Assembly: GCA_965112155.1 (NCBI GenBank)
Contig: OZ218098.1
Reading direction: 5' to 3' (one strand)
Origin: Podarcis liolepis
Lineage: Eukaryota
Length of the DNA stretch: 64,000 nt
Below the pieces are notes generated by a model that had not been told where the DNA came from, searched no databases, and saw only the letters and a program-made list of their open reading frames with translations. Shown here piece after piece: positions 12,101 through 27,100 of the stretch (positions within the stretch are counted from its first letter, which is position 1; each line of letters begins with the position of its first letter). The position numbers and the translations under genes were made by a program.

Positions 12101-15100
12101 AAAAGTTACTGATTGGACAAAATCTTCCGTTGACCTTGAATGGACTCCTCCATTAAAAGATGGTGGTTCTAAAGTCACTGGTTACCTTGTTGAATTTAAA
12201 GAAGAAGGGAAAGAAGAATGGGAAAAGGTAGGTGAAATTCTGCCATTGAAAATTTATTTGAAACATTATGTTGATTCCATAATTGAACATACTGAGGAAC
12301 ATACCAAATCACTGAAAGGGCTACCAACTCATCTGTGTGGCCTAGAAGCAGCAAAAACCCATTGTTCCCCTTCCTCGTAGGTGGCTTTTAATGGTATCAT
12401 GAGTGAAAGATAAGGGAGGGAGGTAAGTGATGTGGTGTGGGGAGAGGCATGAAGTAAGGAGTTTCAGGAGGAAGGAATGAAAGGACTCAGGTACACAGCT
12501 GCAAATAAAACGTTTTGTGTTGTAAAGTGCAATATACTAGTGTGACACTAGATGGTGCCAGTGAGCTATGCAAAATCCAATGTATTTTTTGAAACGTTTT
12601 TTAGAAAAAGCATTTCCACAGCGTCTTTAACATGTGTGTAGATTCCACCAAAGACACAAATTTTCTTTTTGTTTTCAGGCAAAAGATAAAGAAATAAGAG
12701 GGACCAAGTTTGTTTTGGCAGGATTGAAAGAAGGAGGTTTCTACAGATTTAGAGTCAGAGCAATAAATGCTGCTGGTATTGGAGAGCCTGGAGATGTCAC
12801 TGAAGTCATTGAAATAAAGGACAGAATAGGTATGTCTTAGGATAAAAACAGCCTCTCTTTGTTCTTGTGTGGGTAAAAGAATAGAAACTAAATATAAAAT
12901 ATATTGTTTGTTTCTACAGTTGCTCCTGATCTCATGCTTGATGCTCATGTGAAGGACAGAATCGTTGTCCATGCTGGTGGAGTGATCCGCATTATAGCTT
13001 ATGTCTCGGGAAAGCCACCTCCAACAATTACCTGGCAGAGGGATGAGAGAGCTCTCCCAGAGGAGGCTAAAATTGAGGAAACTGCAATTAGTTCCTCTAT
13101 GGTCATAAAGAACTGCAAGAGAAGCCATCAGGGCTTATACACTCTTCTCGCTAAAAATGCCGGTGGAGAAAGAAAGAAGACTATTATTGTTGATGTGCTA
13201 GGTAAGCACTGAAAGCTGACTTGCTGATGGCTAGACTGCTGATGAGGGCAGATGGCTGATGGATGAATGGCAGAAAGTCACACTTTTGTTGATGCATTTG
13301 CACTGGCTACCCATATGTTACTGGATCAGGATGAAAGTTCATGGACAAAGCCCTGAACAACTTGAGTCCAAGATACCACAAGAAGTGTCTGCTCCCTTCT
13401 GTCCCATTTTGATGACTTAGATCATCTGAAGGAGGGCTGTTAGTTGTTCCCAATGTCTCAGAACCCTTAGTGTGTCATCAGTCCCATACTGCAGAAAACT
13501 CTTCCAACAGAGAATCAGTGGACATCCTCCCCGTTAACCTTCAGACGTCTCTTGGAAGATGTTCTTATGCAGACAGGCCTATTCAGTTGTTTAATTTCCT
13601 TTATTTAGACGAGCCAGTCATTCTTGTGATTACTTTGTATTGTTTTATAGTATTTTCTTTTGTGCACTGCCTTGGTATATTATATGAGTGGGTGGGGTTA
13701 TAGAAATATATAGATATGTTTTTATAAATATGTTATTGCATCTATTTGGGTTCCAATTACAGAAATGTTAAATGTTCGTCTTAAAACCATTCTACTGTAT
13801 TTCTTTCCTTCACAGATGTTCCAGGTCCAGTTGGCATTCCATTCCTTACTGAGAACCTAACCAACGACTCATGCAAACTTACGTGGTTTTCTCCTGAAGA
13901 TGATGGTGGCTCAGCTATCACCAACTACGTAATTGAAAAACGTGAAGCAGACCACAGGGCTTGGACCCCAGTGACATATACGGTCACCAGGCAGAATGCA
14001 ACAGTTCAGGGGCTGATTGAGGGCAAAGCATACTTCTTCCGAATTGCACCTGAGAATATTATTGGCATGGGCCCATTTGTGGAGACAACAAAAGAGATTT
14101 TAATCAGAGACCCAATAAGTAAGACTTTATTGTCTATTTTTTTTCAATACTGATGAGGAGAATTTGCCTTGAAAAAAGTACCTAACATGGTGCATGTGTT
14201 TATTTCTAGCTGTGCCAGAAAGGCCTGAGGATCTGGAAGTCAAAGCAGTAACAAAGGATTCTGTTACACTGACCTGGAACCCACCTAAGTACAACGGTGG
14301 CTCTGATATAACCATGTATGTTTTGGAAAGCCGCCTTATTGGGAAAGAGAAATTTACCAGAGTTACAAAAGAGAAAATGCTTGACAGAAAATACACAGTT
14401 GAAGATTTGAAAGAAGGTGACACTTATGAGTATCGCGTGAGCGCTTGCAATATTGTGGGACAAGGCAAACCATCATTTGTTACGAAACCCATCACATGCA
14501 AAGATGAAATTGGTAAGTTTCCATTCTGGAGCAAACCAACCAACCAAATGTGCATTGGGTGATCTGTGAGTTTTGATAGATATCACTGAATCTTCTTTTC
14601 TTTAACAATACGTCTAGCTCCTCCACAACTTGAACTTGATATCCGAGAGAAGCTCACTGTCCGTGTAGGAGAAGCTTTCAGTCTGACCGGCCGTTACTCA
14701 GGCAAACCAGCACCAAAGATTACCTGGCTCAAAGATGAAATTTCTGTGAAAGAAGACAAACGGACAAAGATCCAGACTACGCCAGTTACTCTTTGTTTGG
14801 GGATATTGAAATCTGTCCGTGAAGATTCAGGCAAATATTGTGTCATTGTAGAAAACAGTTCGGGAACAAGAAAAGGTTTCTGTCAAGTTACTGTAGTTGG
14901 TAAGTATTGCTATAGTGCTAAAATAAGTTATTTCCACATGTGGTATGAATTAGAGCTGATCAAATGAGGGTGGGGTGGCATATCACATGATAACATTTAA
15001 CCTAATGCACATTGTGAAGAACTTTTCTGATAAATATATTTCTTTTACTTTTAAACAGATCGTCCTCAACCACCAGTGGGGCCAGTTATTTTTGATGAAG

Positions 15101-18100
15101 TTACTAAAGATCATTTTGTTATCTCCTGGAAACCTCCCTTGGATGATGGTGGAAGTCCAATTACGAATTACATTATTGAGAAGAGAGATGCAAACAGAGA
15201 CCTCTGGATGCCAGTCACGTCAGCCAATGTCAAGACAACGTGCAAAGTCCCTAAATTACTTGAGGGAAGAGATTATGTTGTCCGAATCTATGCTGAGAAC
15301 TTGTATGGCATGAGTGATCCTTTAATATCTGATGAAATGAAGGCCAAGGATCGTTTCAGTATGTAGTTTATTTGCTAATTCATTTTACTTAAGTCTCCGC
15401 CATATTTCTACTTCACTTGTATTTTCATATTATATTTTTGTATGAAATGGATTTAAAACTTGAAAACGTTATTTCTTCAGGTGTTCCTGCTGCACCAGAG
15501 CAACCTATCATTAAAGGCATCACCAAAAATTCTGCTTTAGTTACCTGGAAGAAGCCATATGATGGAGGAAAACCAATAACCAATTACATACTTGAAAAGA
15601 AGGAAACTATGTCTACTCGATGGGGAAGAGCCACCAAAGATCATATTTACCCAGATACTCAGTTCAGGGTAACAGATCTTCTTGAAGGCTGTGAATATGA
15701 ATTCCGAGTTTCAGCAGAAAATGAAATTGGCGTTGGTGATCCTAGCCCACCCTCAAAACCATTCTTCGCTAAGGATCCAATCGGTATATTATAAAACATT
15801 TTCTCGTGTATTATATTTGTGATATTACTTGGTACCAATTAATCTCTTTTTCAGATTCATGATTCCAATGTAATGGGATGTTGTTGTTTTTTCGTTTTTA
15901 CAGTAAAACCAAGTCCACCAATTAATCCTGAAGCAGTGGATAAAACTAAAAGTTCAGTGCAATTGTCCTGGCAACCACCACGTCATGATGGAGGAGGCAA
16001 GATCATAGGCTATCTCATTGAGTACCAAAAGGATGGAGATGAGGAGTGGAAAAAAGCCAACCATACAGCAGATTCTTGCCCTGAGACAAAATACAATGTC
16101 ACCGGCCTCACTGAGGGTACCAAATATAGATTCAGAGTCTTTGCAGTCAATGGGGCAGGAGAATCCGAGCCAGCTAATGTTCGTGATCCAGTTGAAGTCA
16201 AGGACAGACTTGGTAAGCAGAACATGATGTTTTAATTGGTTTTAAAGGGCCAAAGTGGATATATTTTCTGAACACGAAGTCCCTTTTTTTTTACAGAGGC
16301 TCCTGATTTAATCCTGGATGCTAATATGACACGAGAACAACATGTAAAAGTTGGAGATACATTGAGGCTAAGTGCTGTAATTAAAGGAATTCCATTCCCA
16401 AAAGTGACTTGGAAGAAAGAAGATAAGGAAGTTCCTACAAAGGCAGATATTGAGGTTACAGGAGTTGGCAGTAAGCTTGAAATTCGACACGCAGTCCATG
16501 AAGACGGAGGGAATTATTCCCTGACCGTGGAGAATCCGGTTGGATCAAAGACTGTTTCAGTAAAAGTTATTGTTCTAGGTAATGAATGAAATGATGTTAA
16601 CACTTCTACTGGGAGATAAAACATGACAGAGGTGAATGATAGGAACATAACTATGTACAACAGAAAAGCAGGAATGAAAAATTATATTTTTCATCGTCTG
16701 TTAGCAACCTTGTTCCCCAACTTTGGAAGGGAATTTTCTAAATGTTATGAAGCATTATCAGAATCCTTGCGGTGTTAAAACACACACATACCAAATATGG
16801 GTGGGTGCATAGTGGGTGCAAAGCCCATAGTCTTTGGAAAATATTAATTGTTCTCTGAGGTTCATAGTCACTGAAATTAATAATACTAATAATTTTATAA
16901 TTTGTACCCTGCCCATCTGACTGGGCTGCCCCAGCCACAACACAAACATACATACAGCGAAGCTACTGTAAATTTGTTGAAGAAATCGGGGTGAGGGGCG
17001 TTGTACACAAACTAGTTTGATTTTACACCCTGTACTTTGTGTCAGGTTTAATTATCCAGGTTCAGATGAAAAATGTTTAGAAATTAAAAATGGTTAGAGA
17101 CTGTCCATCCTCATTTTCTACAGATAAGAAGTATACAATCATAAGGAAAAGACTCTTTCTTGCAAATAATATACAGTGGTACCTCGGTTTACGAACTTAA
17201 TCCATTCCAGAAGTCTATTCTTAAACCGAAACCGTTCTTAAACCGAGGCACGTTTCCCTAATGAGACCTCCTGCCACCGGTGCCCTTCCACCGTTTGGCT
17301 TCCATTCGTAGACCAAGGTAAAGTTTGCAAACTGGGACACTACTTCCGGTCTTGCGGAGTTCTTAAACCGAATCGTTCGTAAACAGGACTGTTCTTAAAC
17401 CGAGGTACCACTGTATTTAACACAATATTTTTATACATAGACTACATCGAACATTAATTTCAATTTTTTTTCCAGATAAGCCTGGGCCTCCCAGGAATCT
17501 ACAGGTCAGTGAAGTGAGAAGAGATTCTTGCTATCTGACTTGGAAGGAACCTGAGGACAATGGTGGCTCTGTCATTACGAATTACGTTGTGGAAAGGAAA
17601 GATGTTGCTGCTGCTCAGTGGCTACCAATATCATCATCTTCTAAGAAACATAGTCTGTTGGCTAAATACCTCATGGAAGGCACTCAGTATCTCTTCCGTG
17701 TTGCTGCTGAGAACCAGTATGGAAGAGGTCCTTACGTTGAAACCCACAAGCCGATTAAGGCTATAGATCCACTTCGTAAGCACAGTTCACTTACTATTTT
17801 GTGTTCTTTTTTTAAAAAAAACAAAAAAACCTTTGTTGACAGTGTTGATCTATACAATGTGTATCAGCATTTGGAAATGTTTGTGTATAAAAATAGAAAT
17901 GCTAATCCTGTTTTCATCTCATTTTAAAAGATCCTCCTGGGCCACCAAAGAACTTGCACCATGTAGATGTTGACAGGACACAAGTGTCTCTTGTTTGGAA
18001 TTGGCCTGATCGGGATGGTGGGGCTGAAATAACTGGATTTTTGGTGGAGTACCAAGAAGAAGGGAAAGAAGACTGGACAAAATTCAAAACAGTCCCTGTG

Positions 18101-21100
18101 CCAGAATGTGTTGTTACTGGTCTACAACAAGGGAAGATTTACAAATTCCGCGTAAAAGCCCAAAATATTGTGGGTCTTAGTCTTCCAGATACAACCATAC
18201 CAATAGAGTGCCAAGAAAAAATAGGTAACCACTGAATTTGTATGACTGTTCACAGATTTCAAAATTCACTGCTGAAATGTAACTCTTGTAATGGGGAATA
18301 CCTATAATATAATCTGCGTGTTGTTGTTTTATTTCAGTGCCACCATCAGTTGATCTAGATGTGAAATTAATAGAAGGCCTTGTTGTTAAAGCTGGCAGCA
18401 CAGTGCGGTTCCCTGCAATCATGAGAGGCGTACCTGTTCCCACTGCAAAATGGGTCACTGATAATGTTGAAATCAAATCAGAAGGCAATTACAAGATTGA
18501 TACTGATAATTACTCTACAGTTCTCACTATTCAAAGCTGCACAAGAAAAGACACTGGAGAATATCTGCTCACAGTATCCAATATAGCTGGAAGCAGAACT
18601 GTTCCTGTTCATCTAACAGTTTTGGATGTTCCTGGTCCTCCAACTGGCCCAATTGATATTCTGGAAGTCACTCCCGATCATATGGTTATTGCTTGGCGAC
18701 CTCCTAAAGATGATGGTGGAAGCCCTGTAATTAATTACATTGTTGAGAAACGAGACACAAGGAAAGAAACCTGGGGAGTGGTCTCTTCAGGGACTAATCA
18801 AACTAGAATTAAAATTCCACGTCTACAGAAGGGCTGTGAATATATTTTCCGAGTTTGTGCAGAGAATAAGATAGGCGTTGGTCCACCTCTTGATTCAAAA
18901 CCAACAGTTGCCAAGGCTCTGCATGATCCACCATCTCCACCTGGTAAACCAGTAGTTAATGATATTACAGAAAATGGTGCAACTGTATGTTGGACTGTGC
19001 CAAAATCTGATGGTGGAAGTCCAATAACTGGATACATACTTGAACGCCGTGAAATCTCAGGGAAATGGATACGTGTCAACAAATCTCCAGTGCTTGATCT
19101 GAAATTTAGAGCTACAGGCCTCTTTGAGGGCAGCACATATGAATTCCGTGTTTTTGCAGAAAACAGTGCTGGCATAAGCAAGCCATCTCCACCTTCTGAT
19201 CCAATCAAAGCATCACGTCCTATGACACCTCCTGGACCTCCCATTAATCCAAAACTCAAGGATAAGACCAGGGAAACAGCTGAGCTAGTATGGACTAAGC
19301 CACTCAAAGATGGTGGTAGCCCCATCCTGGGATATGTTGTGGAATGCCAGAAAAGCGGAACTACTCAGTGGAATAGAATTAACAAAGATGAACTCATCAG
19401 ACATTGTGCCTTTACAGTACCTGGGTTAATTGAAGGAAATGAATATAGATTCCGCATTAAAGCTGCTAATATTGTAGGAGAGGGAGAACCCAGAGAATTG
19501 CCAGAAACCGTTCTTGCCAAAGACATTCTCATGCCTCCAGAGGTAGAACTGGATGTGACCTGCCGAGATGTAATTACTGTCAGAGTAGGCCAAACAATAA
19601 GGATTATAGGCAAAGTGAGGGGCAGACCAGATCCTGACATAACATGGTCTAGAGATGGCAAAAATATAACGAAAGATAAGCGTACTGACATAATTCATGA
19701 ATTCCCTCATATAGAGCTGCAAATAAAACCTGCTGTAAGAGCAGACCATGGAAAATACCTAATTACAGCTAAGAATAGCAGCGGACACGCCCAAGCATCA
19801 GCTATTGTTAATGTGCTTGATAGGCCAGGACCTTGCCAGAACCTGAAAGTAACCTATGTCACCAAAGATTCTTGCATGGTCTCTTGGGAGAATCCGGAAG
19901 ATAACGGTGGCTCAGAAATTACAAACTATATAGTAGAGTATCGTCAACCAAACCAGAGAGGCTGGTCAATAGTTTCTTCTGATCTTACTAAGAGGATAGT
20001 GAAAGCACATCTCGTTGAAAATCACGAATACTTCTTCCGTGTTTGTGCAGAAAACAAAGTAGGCCCAGGCCCAGTTGTCGAGACCAAAACTCCAATCCTT
20101 GCTATTAACCCTATTGACAGGCCAGGTGAGCCTGAAAACCTTCACATTGCAGAAACAGGGAAGACATTTGTATATCTGAAATGGAGGAGACCAGACTACG
20201 ATGGTGGCAGCCCCAACTTAACATACCATGTTGAAAGAAAACTGAAGGATTCGGATGAATGGGAAAGAGTGCACAAAGGTAGCATTAAGGAAACACACTA
20301 TATGGTTGACAAATGCGTTGAAAATAAAATTTATCAGTTCAGAGTTCAGACAAAGAATGAAGGTGGTGAAAGTGACTGGGTGAAGACAAGTGAAGTTGTT
20401 GTTAAAGAAGAAATTCAGAAACCTGTACTTGATCTGAAGCTGTCTGGAGTACTGACTGTGAAAGCTGGTGAACCAATAAAAATTGTAGCAGGACTTAGAG
20501 GCAAGCCCCAACCAGAAGTATCTTGGGCAAAGGATTCTGCCGATCTATCCCAATCTCCAAGGGCCAAAATTGAAACAACTTCAGACTCATCTAAGTTCCT
20601 TCTCTCCAAAGCAAGGCGCACAGATGGCGGTAAATACGTTATTACTGCCACTAATCCAGCTGGTAGCTTTGTAGCATATGCTACTGTAAATGTTTTGGAC
20701 AAACCAGGACCTGTCAGAAATTTGAAGGTGGCTGATGTTTCAAATGACCGATGCACAGTCAGTTGGGATGTACCTGAAGACGATGGTGGTTGTGAAATAC
20801 AGAACTACATCGTAGAGAAATGTGAAAGCAGACGAATGGTTTGGACTACGTATTCCTCCTCTGTGCTAATGACCCATGTAAATGTAACACATCTCATTGA
20901 AGGCAATGAATATATATTCAGGGTCCGTGCAGAGAATAAAATGGGCACTGGTCCCCCAACAGAGACTAAGCCAATTATAGCAAAAACAAAGTATAATAGA
21001 CCTGGTCGTCCAGATCCTCCAGAAGTCACAAAGGTCAGCAAAGAAGAGATGACTGTAGTTTGGAATCCACCAGAATATGATGGTGGTAAATCAATCACAG

Positions 21101-24100
21101 GATATATATTAGAGAAGAAAGAGAAAAGGTCATTAAGGTGGGTTCCTGTTACCAAAAGTGCAATTCCAGAGAGACGCAAGAAAGTTACAAATCTCATTCC
21201 AGGATATGAATATCAGTTCCGTGTCAGGGCAGAAAATGAAATTGGAATTGGTGAACCAAGCTACCCATCAAAACCAACAATAGCGAAGGATCCAATAGGT
21301 ACTGATCTTTCCAATATTTTTTTGTTAGTAATACTTCAATTTAAATTGTCTTTCTCTGATTCACTGATATGCTTACTTCTGTACTTTTCTGTCATCTTAC
21401 AGAACCACCTGGTCCTCCCATTAATCTTAAGGTTGTTGATAGCACGAAGACCTCTATTACTCTTGGATGGGGAAAGCCAGTCTATGATGGTGGTGCTCCT
21501 ATTATTGGCTATGTGGTAGAAATGAGACCCAAAACTGAAAAAGCAGGTCCTGATGAAGGATGGAAAAGATGCAATGTTGCTACACAAGTTATTCATACAG
21601 AATTTACAGTGACAAGCTTGGAGGAGAAAGAACTATATGAGTTCCGGGTTTCTGCCCAAAATCAAGTAGGCATTGGCCGGCCAGCTGATTTGAAAGAAGC
21701 TGTTTCTCCCAAAGAAATTCTTGGTAATTTTGCCAACAGGCCATTAAATTATTTGCTATCTTAAAAATTGCTTTCAAAATATAAACTTTTAATGTTCCTT
21801 TTCAGAACCTCCTGAAATTGACTTGGATGCAAGCCTGAGAAAGTTAGTCATAGTCAGAGCAGGATGCCCCATAAGACTTTTTGCCATTATTCGAGGGCGA
21901 CCAGCACCTAAAGTTACCTGGAGGAAGGTGGGAATTGACAATGTGATCAGAAGAGGCCAGGTTGACCTGGTTGACACAATGGCCTTCTGCGTCATCCCCG
22001 ATTCTACACGGGATGATTCAGGCAAATACACTTTGACAGTTGTTAACCCTGCTGGAGAAAAGGCAGTCTTTGTGAATGTCCGTGTCCTTGGTGAGTAATG
22101 TCAATAATTTTAACATCTATTAATTTTTATGAATGTATTATTCATTGCAATTTCTTTTCCATGAGACTCTGCCCACTTACTTTGAATAATTGTGGCCTAA
22201 TATTGGTTGTTTTTTGTTTCCTTTCCTCCAATAGATACTCCTGGACCTGTAGCAGAGCTCAGTGTCAAGGATGTCACAAAAACATCCTGTCAGGTTTCAT
22301 GGACTCCACCTGAAAATGACGGTGGTAGTCCTGTAACACATTACATCGTGGAAAAACGTGAGGCTGAGAGAAAGACCTGGGCAAAACTTACCGATGATGT
22401 AAAGAAGACTAGTTTCAAGGTTTCTAATCTTATGCCAGGAACTGAGTATTTCTTCAGAGTCATTGCTGTCAATGAATATGGCCCTGGTGTTCCAAGGGAC
22501 ACACCCAAACCAATCCTGGCATCAGATCCGCTAAGTAAGTATTTATTGATGTATTATTTCATTCAGGAAATTCAGATTTTGTATGATAGTTCAGATAGTC
22601 AAAATCAGTTGTCACTGCGCATAATAATAATTAATAAATAATTTCATGAGATAACTTCACCTCCCTGCACTTATTTAATTGACTTGTTGTTTGGCAGATC
22701 TTCTATTTGCTATATTTCAAAGAATATAACCTGTCCACAAATACATTGCCAGCTGAGTCTTCTTCCAGGGTGTGGAGGCAATGTGTGGATCACAAAAAAC
22801 AATCAAACCAGAATAGAAGTACCGTATTGGCCTGAATATAAGCCTCACTTTTTCTCCCAAATTCTAACTGTGAAAAGTTAAAGTGCGGCTTAAATTCGCA
22901 ACCTTACAAAAATGGGCTTTTACGATATTGCTGCTAAAACAGATATACGGTAAAAAGGAACGGGTGTGAGTGCCTGTGGAATTTTAAGGGAGCAGCTTAT
23001 ATTCGGGTATTCTTTTTCTCTTTCCCCCTTAAATTTTAAAGGTGCGGCTTATAGTTGGGTGCGGCTTATATTCGGGCCAATACGGTACTACAAAGGTCAA
23101 AGAAACCACTGGTCTCATGACTTATGTATTCAAATGAAAAAATAAAATAGTACAATATATTCTGTGTTTCCCCGCCCCCAATAAATCATGAGATGTAATG
23201 ATCTTAGAAATTATGTAAACTAAGCATTTGCCTGCCTGTTTTATTTTTAAGGTGAACCTGATCCTCCAAGGAAACTTGAAGTGACTGAAATAACAAAGAA
23301 CAGTGCTACTTTAGGGTGGTTGCCACCATTGCGTGACGGTGGTTCCAAAATTGATGGCTACATCATTGCATATCAAGAAGAGGGTCATGCTGAGGATCAC
23401 TGGACACAGTACTCCGTTGTCAAAGATCTTCATATTGTTGTTGCTGGCCTAAAGGAAGGAAAGAAATACAAATTTAGAGTGGCTGCAAGGAATGCTGTAG
23501 GAGTAAGCCAGCCAAAACAAACTGAAGGCATCTATGAAGTTAAAGAGCAACTGAGTATGTACCTAACTATGACCACTTGTACAACTGAAATATAATTCAA
23601 TTATTTTGATTTTGTATCTAAATTTGGATGTCACCTCTTAAAGATATTTAAAATTAGGTCCTGTCACGTAATCTGATGTCTTTAGTGACATTCCCTTTTT
23701 AATGGGTTTATTGGTTTTTTCCCAAAACAGCAACATACAAACAAGACATTCAAAAGGGTCTACAAAAAAACTTCACAAATAGGCTCATTGGCTCTGCGAC
23801 CTTCTATAGCAAAGTATTAGGTGTTAATTCTGGCCTGAAGAGTACTGAATGTGGGTCCCAGGCCCAGCAGGCAGTTTCTTAATAGTTCGCTTCATTTATG
23901 CACAAGTTTACCTTAAAAATTTGTGCATCTCCCCATTATAAGATGTTGTGAAGCTTTCTGCATCTGAAGAATAGGACAGCTATACAGTTAATTAAATAAG
24001 ATAGCACACTGCTCAGACCTTAGAATAAACCTACAAAAGAAGCTAGGAGGAAATGAATCAGGGATAGTATATTTCAAGGATATTAGGGGGAATACAATTT

Positions 24101-27100
24101 ATCGGGGCTAGTTCCTTGGTGACTATTTGAAAACAAAGTTTTTGGTTGGTTTGGGGACATAATATCAGACCTTTTGCCTTACTTGGCAGAATATAGATCA
24201 GAAGTGGCTAGCCTGGGGCCTTGCCACACCTCCAGACACTGTTGGACTGCAACTCTCATTTGCTGCAGCCAGCATGGCCAGTGGCTATGGGTGTTGGAAG
24301 GTGTCGTCCAACAACATTTTGAGAGTTGCAGGCTACCCCCAGTCAAGAGCATGAAAGCTGTCAGGAGACTGACATTTGTTTTCAGGGGGGAAGTGCATGG
24401 TTGTTTCAAGTAAGAATGATATCAGCTTAAGATTGTGAGAACTAATTCAAAATACATATACAAAAGTTATTAATTTTTGTGTGTGACCTATGTGTCTGTT
24501 TCCTATCGTTTTATTTTTAATTTCAGTGCCACCTAAGATTCTGATGCCAGATCATGTCAATATAAAGGCTGGGCAGAAACTCAGGATTGAAGCACATGTT
24601 TATGGGAAACCCCACCCGACTTGTAAATGGATGAAAGGAGACAAAGATGTGGCAATATCCAGCCGCCTGGCTGTGCATAAAGCAGACAGCACTTCGGTTC
24701 TCATCATTAAAGATGTAATTAGGAAAGACAGTGATTATTACAGTCTAACAGCTGAAAACAGCTCAGGAGTAGCTACTCAGAAAATCAAAGTGGTCGTCAT
24801 GGGTACATTGAATCTTTTTTTCCATGCTTACTTCTCAACATTCTTAACATGATTCATCAATGAGCATGACCTTATTTATACCTGTATGTTTATCTCTTTC
24901 TGTAGATATCCCTGGTCCACCACAGCCACCATTCGAAATTTCTGACATAGATGCTGATGCTTGCTCTTTGTCATGGCATACTCCTCTTGAAGACGGTGGT
25001 AGCAACATCACCAACTACGTGGTTGAGAAGTGTGATACCAGTCGAGGAGACTGGATAACAGTGGTAGCTTCTGTTACAAAGACGAATTGCAGAGTTGGAA
25101 AACTCACCCCTGGAGAAGAATACATGTTCCGTGTTCGTGCTGAAAACCGATTTGGAATTTCTGAACCGCTTCCGTCCGATAAGATGATTGCAAGGTTTCC
25201 ATTTGGTATGTCCACCTCAGACAATGGTGCAGTCTTTATTAGAATACTTCTAAGGGTGAAATGATTTTTTTTTTTAATTCTCATCTCTTTCTCTACAGAT
25301 GTTCCTAGTGAACCAAAGAATGCTCGTGTTACCAAGGTGAACAAGGACTGCGTTTTTGTGGCATGGGACAGGCCAGACAGCGATGGAGGCAGCCCAATAA
25401 CTGGTTATCTCATTGAACGTAAAGAAAGGAACAGTTTGCTTTGGGTGAAGGCCAATGATACACTTGTGCGATCCACAGAATACCCATGTGCAAATTTAAT
25501 TGAAGGCCTTGAGTACACATTTAGAATCTATGCTCTGAATAAAGCTGGTGCAAGCAAGCCTAGCAAACCAACAGATTTTATTACAGCCAGAACACCAGTT
25601 GGTAAGCAAAACATTTGCATACATTGCATTATGTATAACTATTATTGTTAATACTGAGCTGACTTAAGTACCGTAACATTAGGATAATATGGCCAAAGCT
25701 AAACTTTCTTAAACTGCACTGATTTCAGCAAGGAAGGTAAGCATTTGCTTATTGAATTCCAATGAAAAGCCTTGCTTTTGGCTAGATTGTGCCCAAAGTT
25801 TAATTTCTCTGGATTTAAAAAGAAAGAAAGGAATATACCATGGTTGTTCAGTGATATGCATCTTTTGTGTTGTGACATTTTCTATCAAATGCCATAGAAT
25901 AAACCTGACCTCATTTGTTTTTAGATCCCCCTGGCAAACCCGAGGTTATTGATGTCACTAAGAGTACTGTGTCTCTTGTCTGGGCAAGACCAAAACATGA
26001 TGGTGGTAGCAAGATACTTGGCTATTTTGTTGAATCCTGTAAACTGCCTGGAGAAAGATGGGTACGATGCAATACCACTCCCCATCAAATACCCCTGGAA
26101 GAGTACACTGCAACTGGTTTGGAAGAAGGTGCACAGTATCAATTTAGAGCCATAGCAAAAACAGCAGTGAACATTAGCTGGCCTTCTGAACCTTCTGATC
26201 CAATAACCGTTCAGTCAGAAAATGGTAAGGAACGCATTTGAGTACCATTAGAATTGAGCCATACTTTTATCCTTCTCATTGTTATGTGCTCATTGGAATG
26301 TATTTTCCCCCCTCCCCTTCTACATTTTTTTTTACACTGCAGTACCACCAAAAATAGAACTCGGTGTAGCTATGAAATCCTTGCTTGTAGTAAAAGCTGG
26401 AACCAATGTTTGTCTTGAGGCCAATGTGTTCGGCAAGCCTATGCCAACTATTAGTTGGAAGAAAGAAGGGGAGATCCTGAAACCAGTTGAAGGAGTCAAG
26501 ATAACCACCAAGAGAAATTTATCTACTGTGGAGCTCTTCAGCGTAAATAGAAAGCAAACAGGAGATTATACTATCACAGCTGAAAATGCAAGTGGTTCCA
26601 AATCAGCAACTATTAAACTTAAAGTACTAGGTAGGCTAAAAGTTCATTTGAATCAGTGTGTTTAAACTTCAGGAAATGTAGCAGTTGTAAGACTTCACTC
26701 ACCGCCTAATTTTTCTTTCCCAGACAAGCCTGGTCCTCCAGCTTCAGTTAAGATTGTAAACATGTACACAGACCGAGCAATGCTTTCTTGGGAACCTCCT
26801 CTTGAAGATGGGGGCTCAGACATTACTAATTACATTGTCGACAAACGGGAAACAAGCAGACCCAACTGGGCTCAAGTCACCGCCAATGTCCCCATCACTA
26901 GCTGCAGCGTTGAGAAACTAATTGAAGGACATGAGTACCAATTCCGCATTTGCGCTGAAAACAAATATGGAGTAGGTGACCCAATTTTGACTGACTCAGC
27001 AGTGGCTAAGAATCCATATGGTAAGCTTCTCTCACTGGATTTTTCTATCTATTTAGTGTCAATCTATGTTTTAACATTTGCTTAAGAACATTTCAAATTA

